Translations under genes and position numbers: made by a program
Notes under the pieces: model-generated
Told to the model about the DNA's origin: nothing
The model's input: the letters and a program-made list of their open reading frames with translations, nothing else
Database searches by the model: none
Shown: one piece after another, positions 27,475 through 34,386 of the stretch
Position numbering within the stretch: position 1 is the stretch's first letter
Layout of the letters: each line of letters opens with the position of its first letter
Source of the DNA: a virus
Lineage: Duplodnaviria; Caudoviricetes
Reading direction: 5' to 3' (one strand)
IMG/VR virus record: IMGVR_UViG_3300030107_006898
Location: 1 to 55,589 of that record
Length of the DNA stretch: 55,589 nt

Positions 27475-27612
27475 ATGTTATGAGCTGTGTGGCGCTAAGT
27501 CCTCGCAGAACGTCTCCTGCTTCTATTCCCATTTTGACCACTGGTCGGGAACACCGATGTCCTCGCAACTCCCCGGCATAAATGGAGCGCAGACACCTCT
27601 CACCTTTGGCTA
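27468..27612 (-). ncRNA. Candidate structured RNA upstream of primase
   Basis: Nested pairings tagcca/tggcta, tgag/ctca, gtgt/acac, gcgct/agcgc; internal hairpins; TGCGAGGAC twice. Confidence 0.4.
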
Positions 27613-27619
27613 GCCTAAC

Positions 27620-28420
27620 TTAGAATTGATCGTCGTCAGCCATGGCTTCCGGCGCAGCTGAAACGGTCTGATTATCAACACGCTCCTTGAATGAACGTGC
27701 ATCAAGATAGATCGACTGGCCATTGTCTAGGCTTTCTAGGATGCCACCAGAGCCACCATCGAGACACTCGATGTCCCAACCGAACCAGCTGCCCTGATCA
27801 TTCTCTTCCGGCACAGTTGTCAGCTTGTATGATGCGTAAAACATCGCTGGGTTGAAAACACCCGAGCCATCAGGCTTTGCGATTTTGAGATGGTTCATCA
27901 TTGAGTTCCAGCGCCGAGCTTTTTTGAGCTGGCTTGATGTCATGCTCAAAAGTGCAGGGTCGTACGAGCCATCTGGTTTGATCACAAACAAAAAGTATTC
28001 TCCAGTGACAACGATCTCATTGCCATTTTCGAGAATGTTTTTGTAACCTTCGTCTTGCGTGCATTGCTGCAAGATGCTGGCGTCTGAGCCATGGTCTGCA
28101 ACAAAGCCACCTCGGTTAGCTTTCCACTCGATGTGTGCACGACGATATTTGATCGGCACAACTGTGATGCCCTCTTCTCCATCAGCCACCTCATTGGAAA
28201 CTGTATTGAAGATGGATCCAACTTCTGCACCTTCAACGTACTGCCCATCACGCTTGTTGACTTGTGGGCTCATCGATTGAAGAATGCTGATGCGAGGGAT
28301 CATCAAGTCCTGAGATTCAATGCCCTCTTGTCCTGCACCCTGATCTTCGAACAACATGTCATTGTTCACAAGTGCAACAACATTGTCTTTCTTTTTAGCA
28401 ACTGACTTTCCGTTTGCCAT
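27620..28420 (-). CDS. Putative ssDNA-binding protein
   Basis: DL.IPRI.ILQ..SPQ motif, G.WFGW, acidic C-terminal tail ending DDDQF; replication context. Confidence 0.6.
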   Translation of the reverse strand: MANGKSVAKKKDNVVALVNNDMLFEDQGAGQEGIESQDLMIPRISILQSMSPQVNKRDGQYVEGAEVGSIFNTVSNEVADGEEGITVVPIKYRRAHIEWKANRGGFVADHGSDASILQQCTQDEGYKNILENGNEIVVTGEYFLFVIKPDGSYDPALLSMTSSQLKKARRWNSMMNHLKIAKPDGSGVFNPAMFYASYKLTTVPEENDQGSWFGWDIECLDGGSGGILESLDNGQSIYLDARSFKERVDNQTVSAAPEAMADDDQF

Positions 28421-29016
28421 TATGGCCTCCTGATCTGGACTTTTTGTCCGGTGTAAAGTTTGAAGATATCACTGGGCACATTTATGCCTCTGCCTAAACA
28501 TTCAGCAATAAATGCTTTCAGTGATTGAGGGTGAACACCCATCGAGTCTCGGTAAAAAATTTTCTTGTCACGAAGTTCTTTTTTGAACTCTGTGCAAGAA
28601 CCATCTTCACCTTTGCCGAATTGAACCTCGACATTCGATTTGATGAGTTCGCCTCCACCATTGTCACGCAACCAGTCGAAACATTGTTGTTGACGTTCGT
28701 AGAGTTCCTCTCGATTATCGCCTTTGGCTCGATCAATTGCACCAGCCGAAGGAATGGAAGCAGAAACTATATCCACAAGACCGACCTTTGATCCATCAGT
28801 CAGTGTGAAGTCTTTGACATTAAGCTCCTGCATAAGATCAGGCATTTCTTGTTCAGTCAGGCTTTTCAGCCTCTGCTCTTTTTCCTTCACCTGCCTCGTG
28901 AGCTCATCTATCTCATCTCTTAATATTTGAGCTCTTTGAGCGGCTTCAGCGATAGCACCTAGTTCGTTGGACGCAGGTGCAACGTCCTCAAGCAGATTGA
29001 TATGCTCTTTCATCAA
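28420..29016 (-). CDS. Conserved phage replication-module protein
   Basis: PDLM.E...FTL.DG, WL..NG.G.LIK, VHPQSLKA motifs. Confidence 0.6.
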   Translation of the reverse strand: MMKEHINLLEDVAPASNELGAIAEAAQRAQILRDEIDELTRQVKEKEQRLKSLTEQEMPDLMQELNVKDFTLTDGSKVGLVDIVSASIPSAGAIDRAKGDNREELYERQQQCFDWLRDNGGGELIKSNVEVQFGKGEDGSCTEFKKELRDKKIFYRDSMGVHPQSLKAFIAECLGRGINVPSDIFKLYTGQKVQIRRP

Positions 29017-29390
29017 TCCTCCTCTCTCATGAAGTTTTCAAATTCAATGGCGACGGGCATGTACCAACCTTTGCGGCGATCCCGCACACCTTCTTCTTTG
29101 TTGCGCTCCCATCTCAGGAAACGCACCACAGGGGAGTTTTCACGCGCAACCATAGAACATATGGAAACAGCGATCGGGTCTCCCCCTCCGGGCCAGAGTA
29201 AATAGTCCTCTGGCCCAAAGTCTTTCATCACCTTGCGAGCCTTGCGCAAACTTGGAGTTGGCAAGAACTGAGGTTTGTCACTGGCTTCGAAAACAGGAAT
29301 CATCTTCCCATAGCGAGCAGCATCTGTCAGATCTGGCACCCAACCAAATTTGTTCTCACGAGGTGTTTGGACAACGTAAACTGTGCTCAT
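29013..29390 (-). CDS. Hypothetical protein
   Basis: ATGA-coupled start (MSTVYVVQ), GDP motif. Confidence 0.6.
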   Translation of the reverse strand: MSTVYVVQTPRENKFGWVPDLTDAARYGKMIPVFEASDKPQFLPTPSLRKARKVMKDFGPEDYLLWPGGGDPIAVSICSMVARENSPVVRFLRWERNKEEGVRDRRKGWYMPVAIEFENFMREED

Positions 29391-29794
29391 GATACTGGCC
29401 AGACATATGGCATGTCGTCCGGCTCCTTCCAGTTGAATTGTGAATAAAACTCTGGATCTTTGCGCAGCAGGTTTGAACGATGGCTTGCGCAAATGTCTTC
29501 ACGACCGAACCATGGTGGCAAAGAGAACAAGTGATCCTTGCGCCAGTCCATAGTATTTTTGAATCCGCGACGGATCCACTCTTCGATGCAGAGATCTTTG
29601 TAAAACTCTAGCGCACTGTCAAAGCCACGCCACATCTTCGTCGCTGGGTGGTTGACCCAACCACCTGTCTTGTCATAGTCGCCGCGCAGAGCCTTCAATA
29701 TTTGATAAGCCTCTACACGTTGTTTGCCCAGTCGCTTGTTGTCAAGACACCGGACAGATTTGCCCAATGAGGGCAATGGTAGAAACGTCTGCAT
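29387..29794 (-). CDS. Pyrimidine-dimer DNA glycosylase/endonuclease V-like (MSMEG_6728 family)
   Basis: MQTFLP, LD.KRLGKQRVEA, NHPA..MWRG, SHRSNLLRKDP, YVWP. Confidence 0.85.
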   Translation of the reverse strand: MQTFLPLPSLGKSVRCLDNKRLGKQRVEAYQILKALRGDYDKTGGWVNHPATKMWRGFDSALEFYKDLCIEEWIRRGFKNTMDWRKDHLFSLPPWFGREDICASHRSNLLRKDPEFYSQFNWKEPDDMPYVWPVS

Positions 29795-29822
29795 AGTATT
29801 GTCCTTTCTCAGCAGTTCAAGA

Positions 29823-29851
29823 ACCATGCGGCAACTTTGCCGCGAAGTCAA
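29823..29851 (-). promoter_or_regulatory. Putative promoter TTGACT-N17-CATGGT with inverted repeat in spacer
   Basis: gcggcaa-ag-ttgccgc palindrome across the spacer; followed by CTGAGAAAGG RBS. Confidence 0.45.
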
Positions 29852-29854
29852 GTT

Positions 29855-30037
29855 TTACTTTTCTCGTTGAACACAAGAACCTATTGTCATTGTCAATCCT
29901 GCAGCTGCTGCTTGAACATGAGCCAGTTCAAGATAGGTGCTGCAGGATCTGAATGTCCAAGGCTTCCCGTCTCCTGATCTTGCTTCAATTGAAACGCAAG
30001 TTGAAGAGCACAACATATAAATTGCAACGACTACCAT
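29855..30037 (-). CDS. Small Cys-containing exported-type protein
   Basis: Hydrophobic N-terminus, four Cys. Confidence 0.45.
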   Translation of the reverse strand: MVVVAIYMLCSSTCVSIEARSGDGKPWTFRSCSTYLELAHVQAAAAGLTMTIGSCVQREK

Positions 30038-30261
30038 TGCATGTGCCTCTTAATTTGCCATCTTTCAATGACTGGATTGCCATAGTCATCTTCATCCACA
30101 CAAACATGCGCGACAGTTTTGAGCACTGTGGCATAACGCACAGAGCCATCGCTCATGAAAATTTTGTGCGGGAAGTTTGCCCACCAAGCAATTTCATTTC
30201 CATCTGTGACGCTCTCATAGACGAACGTCGCATCAGTGTCTTTGTGAGTGAATTGCATCAT
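30031..30261 (-). CDS. Hypothetical early protein
   Basis: ATGA-coupled start; VLKTVA.V.VDE...ERWQI. Confidence 0.6.
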   Translation of the reverse strand: MMQFTHKDTDATFVYESVTDGNEIAWWANFPHKIFMSDGSVRYATVLKTVAHVCVDEDDYGNPVIERWQIKRHMQW

Positions 30262-30425
30262 GACTGCGCACCTTGAATTTCGGCCAGCCACTGTTCAACA
30301 GTCGGACGATGCGGAGTCACACCACCAATCTTTGTGTGCGTTCCATCCTCGTTGACTTCACCAACATAAAAGTCCGCTCGAAGATTCGGTGTGCTGTATT
30401 GGTAGATTTTAAATTGTCTATCCAT
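30258..30425 (-). CDS. Hypothetical early protein (55 aa, not in track)
   Basis: MDRQFKIYQY...; CTGAGAAAGG RBS at 30434-30443. Confidence 0.6.
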   Translation of the reverse strand: MDRQFKIYQYSTPNLRADFYVGEVNEDGTHTKIGGVTPHRPTVEQWLAEIQGAQS

Positions 30426-30453
30426 GCTAACTTCCTTTCTCAGTTGCCTGAGT

Positions 30454-30675
30454 GTTATGCCTGAGGTTGCCAGTGAAGTAAAGCCTTATAAGAAGATTAT
30501 TCGAGGAAAAAATATTCATCGAAAAAAATGGGAATTTGCGGCATCGGGCATCGCATCGTTGTTTTGTTCAATGTTAACAATAACTTATGCTGGGTGCCAA
30601 TGTGAAAATGGGTCGGAAAAAGATGCCGGAGTTCGGCACTTTTAGCTTTACTTTGCTGTAATTATCAGCGATGCT
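30454..30675. promoter_or_regulatory. Divergent early promoter region
   Basis: Leftward TTTACT-N17-CATAAC (30482-30454), rightward TTTACT-N17-GATGCT (30647-30675); strand switch point. Confidence 0.6.
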
Positions 30676-30717
30676 AACAATGTCAGGGAGGTCCTGACAA
30701 ACTGAGAAAGGAAAAAT

Positions 30718-31110
30718 ATGTCTTACATTTTTAATGACGGTGGAAGAGCAGAAGCTGGCTACAAAGGAACAGCAGGTGACTGCGGTGCTCGCGCAATGGC
30801 AATCGCACTCGGCATCTCATACAAAGATGCTTACAAAGAGCTTGCCCAAGCAAACAAAGACATGGGCTTTGCTAAGTCAGCCCGCAACGGAATCATGAAA
30901 GAAGTTTACGACATGGTCCTCCAACGTCACGGATGGACATGGAAGCAATCACCAAAGTTTGACGGACGCAAAGCTCGCTGCTCCGATATGCCTGAAGGAG
31001 TCGTCATCGCTCGCCAAGCCAAACACTTTGTCGCAGTTGAGGATGGTGTCCCTCATGACATTTGGGATTGTACTCACAAAATGGTTTACGGATACTGGGC
31101 TCAGTCTTAG
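30718..31110 (+). CDS. Conserved hypothetical phage protein
   Basis: DGGR..AG..G..GDC..RA.AIA...H...V.DG...D..D; CTGAGAAAGG RBS. Confidence 0.7.
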   Translation: MSYIFNDGGRAEAGYKGTAGDCGARAMAIALGISYKDAYKELAQANKDMGFAKSARNGIMKEVYDMVLQRHGWTWKQSPKFDGRKARCSDMPEGVVIARQAKHFVAVEDGVPHDIWDCTHKMVYGYWAQS

Positions 31111-31136
31111 CCCAGTCAACTGAGAAAGGAAAGCAA

Positions 31137-31415
31137 ATGAAAGATCATCGTGTAAATAAGCTCGCAAAAGTTCGTGCAGAGATCGCACACCTCAAAGAAG
31201 TCGAAGCTGAATATGTTCGTGCCCTCAAAGAGTCTGGCCCAGGAACCTACGAGGGCGAAGATCACTACGTTGTCGTCAGTGATGTTGAACGCAAGACCCT
31301 CGACATGAAGGCAGTTCGCAAAAAACTCAGCCGCCAATTCATTCAGGCTAACACGAAAGTTAACAATAGCCTGTGCCTCAAGCTCTTCGGATATTCAAAG
31401 AAGGAGGCTGCGTAA
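31137..31415 (+). CDS. Hypothetical protein
   Basis: CTGAGAAAGG RBS at 31120; ATG 31137. Confidence 0.65.
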   Translation: MKDHRVNKLAKVRAEIAHLKEVEAEYVRALKESGPGTYEGEDHYVVVSDVERKTLDMKAVRKKLSRQFIQANTKVNNSLCLKLFGYSKKEAA

Positions 31416-32227
31416 TGGCTAAATTCGACATGAGGCAGGACGTCACCAATCGGATCATTGAACGTATCGAAAGTTGCGGTGAGTTTGAAATGCCATTCAA
31501 AACTTTCGGTGCACACAATGTTCACACTGGACATATGTACAGAGGCATCAACATCCTGTTGACTGCGATGGCTGGTTACAGCTCTCCTTATTGGGGAACA
31601 CCCAAGCAGTGGATTGCTGCTGGTGCTGACATCTCTGGAACCAAGTGCTACAAAATTGTTTTCTGGAAGCCAAGCAAAAAAGAGGACCCAGAAACTGGCG
31701 AGGAGACAACGAGCGTCTTCAGTAAATATTATAACGTCTTAAATTCAGAGCAGGTCAAAAACTGGGAGCCGCCTGTCTCTGATAAAAAGGATGAGACACA
31801 AATCATTTCTGAGGCTGATGCTTACTTCAAAAATGTTGGCGTAAAAACAACTGAGCAATCTGGTCGCGCTTGCTACAATCCCAAGACCGATGTTATCACT
31901 CTCCCGCCACGTGATGATTTCAATTCGACAAAAACTTCGTCGGCAACTGAGACTTATTATTCTACTCTGGCTCATGAGAATGTTCATGCGACCAAGCACA
32001 AGTCTCGGTGTGATCGTGAGATGAGATCATATGCTGCTGAGGAGTTGGTTGCTGAGATTGGAGCAGCGATCCTTTGTCAAAAACTCGGCATCAGTTCAGA
32101 GATGCGTGATGATCATGTTGCTTACATCAAGGGCTGGCTGGAGGCTTTGCGTGGTGACAAGCAGTTTATATTCACAGCTGCGAGCCGTGCACAGGAGGCG
32201 ATTGACTGGATGGATAACAAGCAGTAA
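31415..32227 (+). CDS. ardC: ArdC-family antirestriction protein (ssDNA-binding plus zincin metallopeptidase)
   Basis: YRGIN.L, W.T.KQW, HENVH (HExxH), YAAEELVAEIGA, H..YI.GWL..L. Confidence 0.85.
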   Translation: MAKFDMRQDVTNRIIERIESCGEFEMPFKTFGAHNVHTGHMYRGINILLTAMAGYSSPYWGTPKQWIAAGADISGTKCYKIVFWKPSKKEDPETGEETTSVFSKYYNVLNSEQVKNWEPPVSDKKDETQIISEADAYFKNVGVKTTEQSGRACYNPKTDVITLPPRDDFNSTKTSSATETYYSTLAHENVHATKHKSRCDREMRSYAAEELVAEIGAAILCQKLGISSEMRDDHVAYIKGWLEALRGDKQFIFTAASRAQEAIDWMDNKQ

Positions 32228-32287
32228 AATATCTGGAGAGTTTCCCCTCCCACTGAGGCGACATTTCACTTCTGTTGCCTTAAACTT

Positions 32288-32329
32288 AGCCCTTCCGGTT
32301 TCACCCTAACTGGAGGGGCTTTCTTTTTT
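32288..32329 (+). terminator. Intrinsic terminator ending early rightward unit
   Basis: agcccttccggtt...aactggaggggct stem plus T-tract. Confidence 0.75.
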
Positions 32330-32396
32330 GAAAGAAGCAAAGTAACCTTCCTGAGATTTTATCTTTTATAACCAGTGCTCTGGAAAGAATTATAAG

Positions 32397-33005
32397 TTGT
32401 CAGAAAAAGCGAAAAAGAAACGTGGTCGGCCACGCAAAAAACCGGAACCAAAAGTCCAGGTCCAGAGGCCTGTTGATGATAGTCCGCACAACTCTCATTT
32501 GAAATGGGATGGCAAGGTCAGCCAAGAAGTAAATTTTGATGGACGCTTCTCATCTGTTGAGCCTTTGAAGAATCAGCAGCCCGGACGCAAAAAGCCATAC
32601 AAATGGAACCATCGTGCACTTCAGAATTGGATCATGGGCCAAGCAGACCCCGCTGGCTTCCTGTCATCTGTAATGCTCGGGAAAGAAATTTTCCCTGTCT
32701 ACGCGCAAGATGAAGATGGCAATGTCAAACACATTGGCAAAATATCTGCAGATCCAGAGTTAAGAATATCAGCCGCAAAAACTTTGCTGGCCAAATGTGT
32801 CCCTGATTTGAAGGCAGTCGAAATTAACCAAACTATCGAAGAACGCAAAGTTATCGATATCAGCGCATTGAGTGATAATGACCTCAACACAATTGAACGA
32901 GTTCTTGAACACGCTGTCATTGACGGAGATCCGAGCGGAGAAAATGCGGAGATCTCTGAAGCAGTTCATAATGGGCTCCTGGAACACGATAGAACCGGGT
33001 CGTAA
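32397..33005 (+). CDS. Terminase small subunit (putative)
   Basis: Directly upstream of TerL; KRGRPRK, R..AAK.LL.K..PDLKAVE. Confidence 0.7.
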   Translation: MSEKAKKKRGRPRKKPEPKVQVQRPVDDSPHNSHLKWDGKVSQEVNFDGRFSSVEPLKNQQPGRKKPYKWNHRALQNWIMGQADPAGFLSSVMLGKEIFPVYAQDEDGNVKHIGKISADPELRISAAKTLLAKCVPDLKAVEINQTIEERKVIDISALSDNDLNTIERVLEHAVIDGDPSGENAEISEAVHNGLLEHDRTGS

Positions 33006-34386
33006 CTTTTACGACAACTGGCACATTGATGCTATCTGCGAGTATCTTCAGGCTGTGGCAGAGGGTGATATTCGCCGTCTGATAATAAACATTCCACCAC
33101 GCCACATGAAAAGCATCACATCTTCTGTTGCTCTACCAGCTTGGCTTTGGACGCGCGATCCTCAGAAAAGATTTCTTTTCGCCTCATACGCAAGTTCTCT
33201 GTCAATAAGAGACTCTGTCAAGTGCAGAAGGCTTATCGATTCTCCTTGGTACAAAGAACATTTTGGAGAGAACTTTCGCCTGACGACCGACCAGAACCAG
33301 AAGCAAAGATTTGACAATGACAAGACTGGCTATCGAATAGCAACTTCTGTCGATGGTGCGTTGACTGGTGAGGGTGGTGACATAATTGTCATTGATGATC
33401 CGCACAATGTTCGCGAAGCTGAAAGCTCCACTGTCCGTGAAGGTGTTTTGGAGTGGTGGGATCAGGCAATGCAAACCCGGCTCAATGATCCGCAGACAGG
33501 TGCATTTGTCATAATAATGCAACGTGTTCATGAGGCTGATCTGACTGGGCATATTTTAGCCAATGATGTTTCCGGAGACTGGCATCATCTTTGTCTCCCC
33601 GCTCGTTATGAACCTGACCACCCTTCTATCGTGACTGGCACTGGCAACAACATTGATCCCAGAAGTGAAAGAGGTGAGTTGCTCTGGCCCGAAAGAGTTG
33701 ACGAGAAAACCCTGTCAGATCTGGAAAGATCTCTTGGTGAGTATGCAGCTGCTGGCCAACTTCAGCAGAGGCCAATGCCGCGTGGTGGCACAATACTCAA
33801 GAGCAAGTGGTGGCGACCTTGGGAGAAAGAAGAACTCCCCAATATTGAATATGTCATCCAGTCCTGGGACACAGCATATTCCACTAAAGAAAAAACTAGC
33901 TATTCTGCTAGGACAACTTGGGGTGTGTTTACATATGAAAACTCTTGGAATGCTATTGTCATCGATTGTTGGTATGATCGTGTTGGCTACCCAGACCTCC
34001 GCAGAGAGGCGCAAGATGCTTATGCAGCCTATGAACCTGATGCAGTCCTCATAGAAAAGAAAGCATCTGGCCAAAGTTTGATCCAGGATCTGCGCATGGC
34101 TGGCATCCCAGTCCTCGAGTATTTGCCTGACAGAGACAAAGAAGCTCGTGCCCATGCGGCATCGGCTCTTCTCGAAGATGGAAGAATTTGGTTTCCCTCA
34201 GACAAGAAATGGGCTAAAGATATAATAAGTATTTGCGCAGCATTCCCTGCTGGGGAGAACGATGACATCGTAGACACATGTACTCAGGCTTGGTTACGGC
34301 TAAGAAAAGGCTGGTTCCTGACACACTCAGAGGACTGGGAAGATGAGGAACAACAACCAAGGCAAAAGGTGGTGATGTATGGCTAA
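32878..34386 (+). CDS. terL: Terminase large subunit
   Basis: INIPPRHMKS, LTGEGGD.IVIDDP, IIMQR.HE.DL, QSWDTA, IEKKASG, DDIVD. Confidence 0.95.
   Translation: MTSTQLNEFLNTLSLTEIRAEKMRRSLKQFIMGSWNTIEPGRNFYDNWHIDAICEYLQAVAEGDIRRLIINIPPRHMKSITSSVALPAWLWTRDPQKRFLFASYASSLSIRDSVKCRRLIDSPWYKEHFGENFRLTTDQNQKQRFDNDKTGYRIATSVDGALTGEGGDIIVIDDPHNVREAESSTVREGVLEWWDQAMQTRLNDPQTGAFVIIMQRVHEADLTGHILANDVSGDWHHLCLPARYEPDHPSIVTGTGNNIDPRSERGELLWPERVDEKTLSDLERSLGEYAAAGQLQQRPMPRGGTILKSKWWRPWEKEELPNIEYVIQSWDTAYSTKEKTSYSARTTWGVFTYENSWNAIVIDCWYDRVGYPDLRREAQDAYAAYEPDAVLIEKKASGQSLIQDLRMAGIPVLEYLPDRDKEARAHAASALLEDGRIWFPSDKKWAKDIISICAAFPAGENDDIVDTCTQAWLRLRKGWFLTHSEDWEDEEQQPRQKVVMYG

Noticed and set aside
32878-33005. 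Programmed frameshift between TerS and TerL
   Set aside because: The ~128-nt overlap is explained by an independent ATG start; no convincing slippery site was seen.
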